64,000 bases of DNA. It comes from the human T2T-CHM13v2.0 reference genome, Homo sapiens. The stretch is from assembly GCF_009914755.1 (NCBI RefSeq), contig NC_060931.1; one strand, written 5' to 3'. Numbering within the stretch: position 1 is the first letter of the stretch; every line of letters starts with the position of its first letter. The position numbers and the translations under genes are program-made. Below are positions 45,966-56,535 of the stretch, one piece after another. The notes below the pieces were generated by a model. That model had not been told where the DNA came from. It saw only the letters and a list, made by a program, of their open reading frames with translations, and searched no databases.

Positions 45966-46251
45966 ACATCATTCTCAGCAAACTAACACAGGAACAGAAA
46001 ATCAAACACTGCATATTCTCACTCATAAGTGGGAGCTGAACAATGAGAACACATGGACACAGGGCGGGGAACATCACACACCGGGGCCTGTCAGGGGGTG
46101 GAGACTAGGGGAGGGATAGCATTAGGAGAAATACCTAATGTAGATGATGGGTTGATGGGTGCACCAAACCACCATGGCACATGTATACCTATGTAACAAA
46201 CCTGAACATTCTGTACATGTACCCCAGAACTTAAAGTATAATTTTAAAAAA
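45966..46251 (+). mobile_element. 5'-truncated L1PA 3' end inserted in the proviral leader
   Basis: Diagnostic L1PA 3'UTR: CTCACTCATAAGTGGGAGCTGAACAATGAGAAC...GGGAGGGATAGCATTAGGAGAAATACCTAATG...AGAACTTAAAGTATAA, then a short A tail. Confidence 0.9.
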
Positions 46252-46806
46252 CCCAACAACTTCTTTGAAAGCCTGAAGAATAATTTCAATGTTTTTACAT
46301 TTAATTTGCCTTTTTCATTAAAGTTTATTCAAATTTTATGCCCCCCAAAATAGGAATATCAGAAAAGAAATAATCATTTTGTTGCTAGAATGCTCCAAGT
46401 GAGGTCACCATAAGGTCATAGAGACAGATATGAGCCAGCCCAAGGCTTCAGGCACAACAGACAAAAGTACTCATAGGACAGAGATGAAGGCTGGTCCCAA
46501 GCTATAGGCACAGATTACCATTAGAATAGGGATGAAGGAAAGCAAGGTTAGGGGTTCCCAATAAGACCAGTTCATTCTGGACCCCAAGGATGAAGAAGGG
46601 GCCCCCTGTTTACTCCAGTATCTCCTTTGTTCTCAAGTGGGTAATCATGATGAGATGGGACCAAGGTTAGGGGTACTTGGTGAGACTGGTTTATTTTGGA
46701 ACTGTAAGGACGAATTGGGGGATGCAATGTTTAGGAAAGGATGATAGGGGAATAAGAGGGAATGCATTCTTTTTTTCTTTTTTTCTCCTCTGTTCTCTCT
46801 TCACAG

Positions 46807-48305
46807 ATGGGTAATTGCCTCTCCATATGACAGGACACACCCCTAGATGCATCCTCAAGAACTGGGAAAAGTTTGACCCCCAAACTCTAAAAAAGAAAAG
46901 GCTAACATTTTTCTGTAATATAGCCTGGGTTGAATCCAAGCTCAGGGACCAGGAATCTTGGCCAGAAAATGAGATCATAAATTTTAATATGATCTATTGA
47001 CTGGATTTGTTTTGCTGGCAGCAGGGAAATTGGGCAAAAATCTCCTATGTACAGGCCTTCATAGTCCTAAGAAACAACCCTGACCTTTGTCAGGCTTGTA
47101 AAATGGATCCAGCAATGATAGCAGCCACAGTCAGGCAGCCCCCTCTGGTTGGTTTGGGAGACCATTATTGTGTTTATCCAGGGCTCAAGCCCCAGAGAAA
47201 CCAAGGGCAGAGCTTAGCTCAAACTCCCCTTCTACCCTATTATATCCAAGTCTCCCAGCCCTGGCTCATTTCCTTCCCTAACCAGGGCCATCCTCTGGAC
47301 ACCACCCCCTTAAGTTATGCCGCTTCAAGAGGTTAGCAGCCCCAGTAGAGCCACTAGGGTCCAAACTCCATTCACTATGCAATACCTGAGCCAAATTAAA
47401 ATGGAACTAGGTAAGTTTATGGAAGACCCTGACAAATACATGAAAGGGTTCCACAAGGTAGGCTTAACATTTAAACTCACCTGGAGGGACCTCTCAGTCA
47501 TACTAGGGCAAACTCTGTCTAAGGGAGAACGTGACTCCATTAAGGAAGTGGCCCAATAATTTGCAAATGCAATGCATATGACTGACCCTGGTGCCTACTC
47601 TGGGGGTGGGGGCGGGTAGGGGGCACAACAGTTTCTCAGGTGGACCTCTTTTGGGATTACAATACCTAGTGGGGCATGTGGACAAGGAACCACATATTCC
47701 TCTATCTGGTAGAAGGAATGAAAGCTAGCAGAACAAAGCCTGTGAACTACAATAAATTGGCCTTAATAGATCAAGGCCTTCTTGAAACCTCCTCTGCTTT
47801 CCTAGGGAGGCTACAAGAGGCCCTAATGAGATATACTAACCTAGACCCAGAGACACCAGAAGGGCAACTGGTCCTAAAGGACCATTTCCTAACTCAGGCA
47901 GCCCCAGATGATTTGGAAGAAACTCCAGAAACTAGCACTGGGTCCCAACACCCCTATGCCTGACACCCTCAAAATAGCTTCCTCAGTCTTTTACAACCAG
48001 GACCAGGAGGAAGAGGAAAGTGTTCAGGAAAAGGAGAAGTGAAAGGAAAAGAGGGAGCTCCAACTATTGGCTGCTCTACGGGTCCATTAGCCCCCTCCAG
48101 GTTGCCCTCAGACAACCCTCCCAGATAACTGACATTGGTGTGAGAAGTCAGGCCACTGGAAGGCAAACAGCCCCAGTGGAGCAGATGGGAAAAAGCCCCG
48201 CATGGCTTGCCCCTCTGCCACAAGCTCAGCCACTGGATCTGAGACTTCTCTGAGGGCCAAAGGGCCCCTGGGACAGAATCCCAACCCCTGATGACCTTGA
48301 GCTGA
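46807..48305 (+). pseudogene. gag: gag pseudogene
   Basis: ATG-GGT (MG myristoylation start). MA-like CILKNWEKFDPQTLKKKRL, CA-like LGKFMEDPDKY and FLGRLQEALMRYT, two degenerate Cys-His knuckle remnants at ~48130-48240. Several stops and frameshifts. Confidence 0.88.
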
Positions 48306-51300
48306 AGGGGCCCTATGGTCTGGCCAGCTCCTGGATTGAACATCACTATTGAGGGGATGAAGCTAAGGGCTGCTTTGGACACGGCAGGTATGACTGTAAG
48401 GTTTCTTTTGGACAAAGGAGCTGCCTGCTCAGTGCTTACCTCTTTTTCTGGGCAATTATCCTCAAATCCTGCCAGGCAATGGGGGTAAATGGGGTGCCCA
48501 TAATATAGAGGTTTGCTCCTTCTTGGTGCTGCCTGTGGGGATAAATGGTATTTTCTCATTCATTTTTAGTGATGCCAGAATGTCCTATGCCTCTTTTGGG
48601 TAGAGACATTTTGTTTAGACTAGGAGTTCAGTTAACCTTTCCTCCAGGGCCAACACCCCCTTTTCCAAATGCAATCTTATTCCTCAAGGAAACCACACAC
48701 AAGGATGAACTGCCCACAGACCTTCCAATTAATCCAGAGGTCTGGGCCCCAGGAATACCAGGAAAGGCTGTAATGGCCATGCCTATAGCAATTCAGCTCA
48801 AGGATCCTTCTAGTTATCCTTGCAGAGGGCAGTTTCCTCTTCAGTTGGAGGCCAAAGAGGGACTTCAGCCCCTGATTTAAAAATTTCTAACACATGGATT
48901 AATATCCTGTAACTCACCCTATAACACCCCTATCTTAACTGTTAAAAAGACTAACGGAGAATACAGGTTAGTCCAGAATCTGTGAGTCATAAATGAGGCA
49001 GTAGTCCGAATACACCCAATGGTCCCCAACCTTTATGTAATTCTAGAAGATTTCCAGATGCTCAGTGGTTTTCGGTCTTAGACTTCAAAAATTTCTTCTG
49101 TATCCCCCTAGACCCATCCTCCCAATTTATATTTGTATTGGAGTTGGAGAATGAAAAAGGAAGAAGTTAACAGCTCACCTGGACAGTGCTTCCACAAGGT
49201 TTCAGAGATAGTCCCCATTTGTTTGGGCAAGCCTTGGCTAGATATTTGCAGGACCTAAGTCTTTATATGGGAGGGCATCTCCTACAGTACATGGATGACC
49301 TGTTAATCTGCTCCCCAACAAGAGAGTTAGGAATCCAACATCTAAATTTCCTTGCAGACAGAAGGTACAAAGTGTCCAAGGCCAAGACACAGCTACTAAG
49401 ACAAGCAATCCAATACCTGGGGATAATCATGAGCCTCAAAGAACACAAGCTTTCTGCAGAATAGATACAGGCAATCCTTAGAATACTACACCAACCACCC
49501 AAAAGCAATTTTGAGCTTTTCTGGGGATCACAAGATACTGCAGACTTTGGATACTGGAATGTGGTGGAATTATTAAATCCTTATATCAGGCTTTAAAAGA
49601 AGGGACTAATAGGGACACAATCTCTGGGAAAAGAATCAGGAGCAAGCCTTTAGGTAGTTAAAAACTGCCCTCTCACAAGCCCCAGCCCTTGAGCTACCCA
49701 TACTAACCAAACCATTTCAGTTTTTCATCACTGAAAAGGCAAGGTATAGCACTAGGAGTTCTAACTGAAACCTTTGGGCCAGTCAAACATGCTGTAGGTT
49801 ATTTTTCAAAGAACCTAGACCCAGCAGCACAATGGTGGCCACATTGCCTCAAGGTAGTGGGTACAGCAGCCCTTATTCTCGAGGAGGACTTCAATATCAC
49901 AATGGGACAATCAATCTGGCTCCTAATGTCCCACCAAATAGACCCTTTATTGAATTTAAAAGGACCATAATGGCTCACTGACAACACATTGATAAAGTAC
50001 CAAGTCTTGTTGTTGGAAAACCCACAGGTAACAGTTGAGCAGTGTTCCACCATTAACCCAGCCCTCTTACTGCCACTACCAGGAGATGATAACTCAACAT
50101 ATTCATGCTGTGAGATTCTTAACAAAATTTATGCCAGCTGGGAAGACTTAAAGGATCAGCCCATAGATAATCCAGACAAAATATGGTTTTCAGATGGCAG
50201 TAGCTTCGTCAGGGATGGAACTAGATATGCAGGGTATGCTACAGAGTCCCATCACCAAGTTGTAGAGACTAAAGCTCTGTCCCCAGGGACCTCAGTGCAA
50301 CTAGCCGAATTCATCACACTAACCAGAGCCCTAAAACTAGGGGAAAGAAAAAGAATAACCATCTATACAGATTCCAAATATGCCTTCTTGGTGCTTCATG
50401 CCCACATGGCTATCTGGAAGGAAAGAAGGTACCTAACAGCTCAGGATGCTCCTATTAAGTATGGGTCTCAAGTCTTAGAGCTACTGGAGGCTGCTCATTT
50501 GCCCCAGGAAGTGGCAGTAGAGCATTGTGAAGGACACCACAGGGGCTTCTATTAAACTACATGGGGAAACAGGTTAGCTGACAAAAATGCTGAAGAGGCA
50601 GCCATGTCAAATGATACCTTCATGGGAGACTTGTTCCTCTCTCTCCCCAGTGAACTGCCCTTTCTCCAATACACTAAGGAAGAAATAGATTGGTCCAGCC
50701 AACATGGGTATAAAGAAGAAACCAGTGGATGGTACAGATTGGAAGAATTTTTCCATCTACCTCCCAATGGAAAGCCTCCCAGGGAAAAGCTTTCCATTGG
50801 GAGGTAGATGGAGAAATTGGAGGAGAGATGAAGAAATTGGCAGGTAGATGGAGAAAAGTGTGGGGAATCTTGGTTGATGGCAGAATTGGTTGTGGGTGTA
50901 TGTTTGGTAAGTTTGTTGGTTAGGGTCTACAGTGAGAGTCACACTGCAAACCGTACTGGGAAGAGCCCCTATATCTATTCCATTTTTCTTCTCAGCCATA
51001 ATGCAAATAGGGGCTATTCCCATTAAAGTGATATTAGAAAAGATGGGTCCAAAAATGGAACCTCCCAATGGAAAGTCATTAAGAGTTTTTACAACTTCTT
51101 CCACCTTGCAAAGGACAGTCTAGGACAAATTTGTAAATAAGTGTTCAGTGGGAAGGGACTAAACAAAACCATTCAACAGGTTTGTCAAGCCTATACCCTA
51201 TGTACCATAAATAATTCCCAGAGAGGGAAGCCCCCTCCATTAATAAGTCCAATCCAGAGGAGAAGTACATACCCTGGGGAGGACTGGCAAATGGACTTCA

Positions 51301-52130
51301 CTCATCTCCCTGCAGGCTTCAGGTAAAAGTACCTCTTGGTCTGTGTAGATACCTTCACAAAATGGGTAGAAGCCTGCTCCACAAAGACTGAGAAGGCACA
51401 GGAGGTAGCTAAATTCCTCCTAAAGGAATGCATTTCCTGGTTTGAGCTACCCAGGTCATTGCAAAGTGACAATGGTCCATCCTTTATTTCCTAAGTAACT
51501 CAACAGGTTAGTAGGGCCGTTAGTAAGCATAAATGTACCTTCACTTTGCCTGGTGATCACAACCTTCAGGAAAAGTGGAAAGAACTAAAGAAACCCTCGA
51601 ACACATACTCAATAAACTCTGTCAGAAAACAGCACAGCCATGGGTGGACCTCTTACTCTTAGCCCCACTTTGGATCCATATTGCCCCTCAGACTCCCTTG
51701 CAATTAATCCCCTTTGAGGCCTTATATGGTAAGCCATTCCTATATTCAGACTTAATGCTAGATGAAAAAACTGCCAAAATCACCTACTGTGTCTCTTCTT
51801 TAGCAGGTTTCCAACAGGCTCTCCAGGAATTTTGGTTACAAAGAAAGCCAAAATCAGAAGGGGAAAAATACCAGCCTCTGTATCCTCCAGGCTCACTAGT
51901 TCTTATTAAAGCTTGGAGAGATGGAACTCTGAATTCCCAACTAACTCCAGTCCGAAGGGGCCTCTTCACCCTTAGAGCCATTAAAGTATCAGAGATTGTC
52001 AGTTGGATACATCACACCTGAGTGAAGCCATGGAAAGGCTCCAAAACACCAGATCTGGAAGCAATGCCCTCAGCTCCAGAACACACTTGAGAGGCACTGG
52101 AAAATCTGTGATTCCTCTTTAAGTGAAAAG
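48306..52130 (+). pseudogene. pol: pro-pol pseudogene (protease, RT, RNase H, integrase)
   Basis: FLLDKGA (DTG mutated), PLLGRDIL, LPQGFRDSP, YMDD, WFSDGSS, YTDSKYAF, GEDWQMDFTH, LQSDNGPSF. Many stops and frameshifts. End coordinate approximate. Confidence 0.92.
50775..51059 (-). other. Templated insertion in pol: fold-back, short repeats and inverted env fragment
   Basis: ACCTCCCAATGGAAAG duplicated at 50759-50774 and 51060-51075. 50859-51059 is the reverse complement of env 52628-52828 with 27 differences in 201 nt (hand count). Confidence 0.92.
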
Positions 52131-52310
52131 ATAAGTAATGCCCCTCAACATCCTTTCTCTTCAGAGTAAGATGATCTTAATATTAGAAATCTTACTTGCA
52201 ATTGCTCTGATTATTATCACTATTTTAACCCTAACTTGTACACCACTAGGCCTTCCAGTGGCAGCTTTCTTTGTGACCAGTTTCTCTCTTCACAGTCACC
52301 TTAGGTTGCT

Positions 52311-54106
52311 ATGGGCCTGCTCCAGTTGGTTCTCAATCTCACCCCTTTACTAGCAGGACACTACCATCCTGATTTCCCATTATTGGAAAAAGCTCAGTAA
52401 CTGCTCCAAAGCACAGGATCCCCTTACTCCACCAATTGCTGGTTATGTACCAGCTCTTCTGCTAAAACGGCAGGGAGAGCTTATTCAGCCTCACCAAGAG
52501 ATTGGACAAGTATAAAGGCAGAACTGCATATTTTCTATCAATGGGAGGCTAATGGGAGATGTTTGGGCCTGCAAATAGCCTTCTTGCAAAAGTAAAGCAA
52601 GATTTCCCTGATATCTGCAAAGAACCTCCCAATTTTGGATCCATCTTTTCTAATACCACTTTAATGGGACTAGCCCCTATTTGCATTACGGCCAATAAGA
52701 AAAATGGAATGGATGTTGGGGCTCTTTCCAGTACAGTTAGCAATGTTACTCTCACTGTAGATCCTAACCAACGAACTTGCCAAACGTACACCCACAACTA
52801 ATTCTACCATCACACAAGATTTCCCAAACCTTCAAATATTACCTTTCCTCTGGGAACTTTGCTGGATAAATCCACCCAGTTTTGCCAGGGACACCCAAGC
52901 TCCTGCAGTATTCAAAATTTCTGGTTCCGGCCTGCTGATACAACCAATGCCTGCAAATTGCCAATCTCATTTCTACAGAAGAATGGGTTCTATTGGACCA
53001 GACTCAAAATTCTCTTTTTTAGGAAAATAAAACCAAGGGAACTAAACAGAACCAAAGCCCATGCACATAAGTCTTAGCAGGCATGACTATAGCCACCAGC
53101 TACCTGGGTGTGTTGGCAGCCTTGGCATTTCTTGGAGCTGTCCTCACCCCCTTGTTTCATTTTTACATCTCTACTTATCTTAAAACCCAAGGAGCCTTCT
53201 ATATTTGTGGCCAGCCAGTTCACCAGTGCCTCCCCACTAACCGGACTGGAACTTGTACCATAGGCTATGTATCCCTAGACATCTTCATAGTCCCTGGCAA
53301 TCTCTCTCTTCCAGCACCAATCTACAGGCATTCCATCTTTTCCAGGATGAGGAGGGCTATCCAATTAATTCTCCTTCTCACAGGACTTGGTATTATAGCC
53401 AGTATGGGAACCAGAATTGCTAGAATCACAAAAGCCTCCTTGACCCATAGCCAGCCCTCAAGGGAAATAGCCAAGAACATTGATGCTACGGCTAAAACCT
53501 TAACAACTGTGCAAGAACAAATTGACTCTTTGGCAGCTATAGTCCTCCAAAATTATCAGGAGTTAGACAAGTTAACAGCAGCACAGAGAGAAACTTGTTT
53601 AGCCTTAGGTGAAAAATTTTGCTTATGGGTCAATCAATCAGGAAAAGTACAATATCAGACAACTCCTAAATTGAGCCTCCAGTTTACTGGAACAAGCCTC
53701 TCAGGGTTGGTTAGATTGGGAAGGAAGCTGAAAATGCTTCTCCTGAGTTATTCCCCTTTTAGGCCCACTTGTTAGTCTCCTACTTTTGCTCCGTTTTGGG
53801 CCATGTCTTCTAAATCTAGCAACCCGATTTGTCTCCTCACACCTTCAGGCCATCAAGCTTCAGATGATCCTCAGTGAGAGATACCATCGTCTCAATATTC
53901 AAGAGTCACACTTCTACAGAGGACCACTAGACTGCCCATCAGTGAGACATGAAAGAAGCGAAATCCTGCCCCTGTCTCCCTTGGACCTTGCTGGATACCA
54001 CTTTCACCAACCCACAAAGCCACCCTGCCCTGACAGCAAGACGCCAAGACCCACAGAACAATCATCACCGTCCTTCTGTCAGCAGGAAGCAGTTACAGAA
54101 GACTGA
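52311..54106 (+). pseudogene. env: env pseudogene, syncytin-2 (ERVFRD-1) paralogue
   Basis: MGLLQLVLNLTPLLAGHYHPDFPLLEKAQ*LLQSTGSPYSTNCWLC..., GMTIATSYLG, LKTQGAFYICGQ, furin site RMRR, ISD LQNYQELDKLTAAQ, FGPCLLN. Splice acceptor TTTCTCTCTTCACAG ends at 52295. Stops at 52398 and 52799 plus frameshifts. Confidence 0.92.
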
Positions 54107-54141
54107 CCTTTGTCCATTTTCCCAAAGAATTGGGTCGGGAA

Positions 54142-54844
54142 TGTTAGAGTAGGTAGTTTGGCAGACATGAACAGGGCAAAAGAGGCACCCACCCCGCCGC
54201 TGCTTCCATGAATCTCAGGCAACCATCAGATGATCAGGTGATGGCCAGGTGATTGTTAAGCTGTCTCACTAAAATAGTAATTGGTTGCAGCTGATGCCAG
54301 GGACAGGCAGGCTCCCAACAGATAGAAAACACCTGAAACAAGATCAGCAGCTTCCCGATAAGGTCTCAGGAGTTGGGTGAGTGGGCCCGAGCATGCATAC
54401 TAAGAGGCAAAATGGTGGAGTTTAACTGGTATATGACCTTCCTCTAGGAATGCTCAACTGGTAAGGGAAAAATGCCTCAAGTGAGCACACACAAAACTTC
54501 AATAAACACATTGCATATGCAGCCCCTCCCAAGTGCTGGCAGGCCACTGCACATGTGGAAATCCCACCTTAAGGAAAAATCAAGGAAGGAGAGATGCAAA
54601 CCTCAGAACCAGGCCAATGTATAAAAACCCCAAGTGAAGGGTTGGATGAGGCACTTGGATCTCTTAAGTTGCCCGCTTGGCCCTCTTCCAAGTATACTTT
54701 CTTTCCTTTCACTCCTGCTCTCATTCCTGTTCAAAAACTTGCCTTGGTCTCTCACTCTACCTTATACCCCTTAGGTAAATTATTTCCTTTGAGGAGGCAA
54801 GAATCAAGTTGCTGCAGACCCATATGGATCCACCACTGCTAACA
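54142..54844 (+). repeat. 3' LTR (MER50-like)
   Basis: TGTTAG...CTAACA termini, preceded by purine-rich AAAGAATTGGGTCGGGAA. TATAAAA near 54620. Confidence 0.92.
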
Positions 54845-56231
54845 ATCCTAGAGCTATCTACTATGTTAGTTTTTGCTCTGATGTTTACTATTTCCCTTCT
54901 TGAACTTTCTTTGGTCTTACTTTGCTGTTTTCTTCTATCAACAAAAGGATGATATTACCTCTTTAATATCAGTTTTTCCTCTTTTCTATTGTACTCATTT
55001 AAGAGTATAAATTTTACTTAAATTTAATTTTAGCTGTTTCCTATAAGATTTTATCTGTTGGAAAATTTTTATTATTCAATTAAAATCACTTTCTTATTTC
55101 CATTTTACTTCTTTTTCTTTTTTGACTCGCAGATTATTTAGAAATGTTACATAATTTTTCAACATGCAAATTTTCTAGGTTTTTAAAAAATTGAGTCTAA
55201 GCTTGATTGCATTGTAGTCAGACAATATATACTATTATCAAGACTCGCTTGACAGCCAGGTATATAGTCAATTTTTGTAGATGCTCCTTGTGAGCTTGAA
55301 ATAATGTGTATCTGCAATTACTTGGCACAAGGTTCTATATAATCCTATTAGGTTAAGTTTGCAAATTGTGTGTTTTAGGTACTCTCTATTCTCACTAATC
55401 TTTTTAAAAAAATTTTGCTAGTTCTACCAATAAACAATGAATGCCAAGTTAAAATCAATCATGATGACAGTACGACTGTTTGTATTTTTCTTGTAGTAGT
55501 TCAGCAAATTTTTGCTGTGTATATTTTAAGGTTGTATTAGAAGGAACATGTACACTTAAAATCACTCTATCTTCTGGGTGGTCCCTTCTATCCATGGTAA
55601 TACTTTTACTTTTAAAGTCTATTTTGATTGAACAATATAGTTCTTCCCACCCTTGGCTCCTTTTAAAGTCTTTGTGTTTGATGCTCTGCAGTTTCACCAA
55701 GATATGGCTAGGTATGAATTTCTAAGTCTCAGCATGATTAAAATATTTTCTCTACCCAACTCTTTTCTTTTTTTCCTTTCCTTCTGGGGATCCAATTTGT
55801 CCTATGCTAGATCTTCTCACTTTTAGCCTCCATGTCTTTTTTAGAGTTTCCTCTCTCAGTTTTTCCGTGTTATACTGAATATAATCTCCCATGAACTATT
55901 TTTCATTTCATTAATTATCTCTTCAGATCTGCTACATTTCCTGTTAAATTCACCCATTAAAGGTTTTTGTTTCTGTCTCTCATTTTCTTTTCTTTTTTTT
56001 TTTTGCTCCCTAATGTCCTTGACACAACCCCACACTGTTTCCGAAAAACTGACCTCAAAAACTTAAGAATGAATTCAGGTCCCTTTCCCCCTTTCCAATA
56101 ATTAGCCACATGTATCACATAACCCATAACTTTATCTGAGCCTGAGCATGTTTTGGCCTGTCTTTATTTGCAACCTACATGACCTCACCAGTCATCTACC
56201 TTAAGAGGGTGTATTTAGAGGCTTTGTGTGG

Positions 56232-56500
56232 GGCCAGGTGCAGTGGCTGATGCCTGTAATCCCAGCACTTTGGGAGGCTGAGGCAAGTAGATTGCTTGAA
56301 CCCAGGGGTTTGAGACTAGCCTGGGCAATGTGGGGAAACCCTATCTATTAAAAAAAAAAAATTAACTGGGTGTGGTGGTGCACGCCTGCAGTCCCAGCTG
56401 CTCAGGTAGGGGGATTGCTTAAGCCCAGGAGGTCAAAGCTGCAGTGAGCCATGATCATGCCATTGCACTCCAGCCTGGGTGACAGAGAGAAATCCTGTCT

Positions 56501-56532
<32 letters not shown>
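56232..56532 (+). mobile_element. AluJ-like
   Basis: GGATTGCTTAAGCCCAGGAGGTCAAAGCTGCAGTGAGCCATGATC (J-type), long pure A tail, TSD AGGCTTTG(T/A)GTG. Confidence 0.9.

Positions 56533-56535
<3 letters not shown>

Larger units (their letters stand above)
44031..54844 (+). mobile_element. Full-length defective class I provirus, HERV-FRD / MER50 family
   Basis: Two ~700-bp direct-repeat LTRs, His-type PBS, gag-pro-pol-env remnants in canonical order, purine-rich tract before the 3' LTR, env similar to syncytin-2. Confidence 0.93.

Noticed and set aside
47969-48559. 196-aa minus-strand ORF across gag-pro
   Set aside because: Antisense shadow of GC-rich retroviral coding sequence with no recognisable motif.
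50775-51059. L1-mediated retrocopy as the explanation of the pol insert, suggested by the 16-bp duplication
   Set aside because: No poly(A) tail and no TTTT/A endonuclease site. The fold-back and microhomology fit template switching better.
50757-51104. 115-aa minus-strand ORF as a new chimeric gene
   Set aside because: It starts at GTG, has no evident promoter, and is antisense pol fused to the inverted env fragment. Reported as a structural finding only.
53083-53775. 230-aa env ORF as a possible functional syncytin-like protein
   Set aside because: It lacks the signal peptide (upstream stops and frameshifts), has CX6CC mutated to CX6FC, an altered ISD, and frameshifts before the transmembrane anchor.
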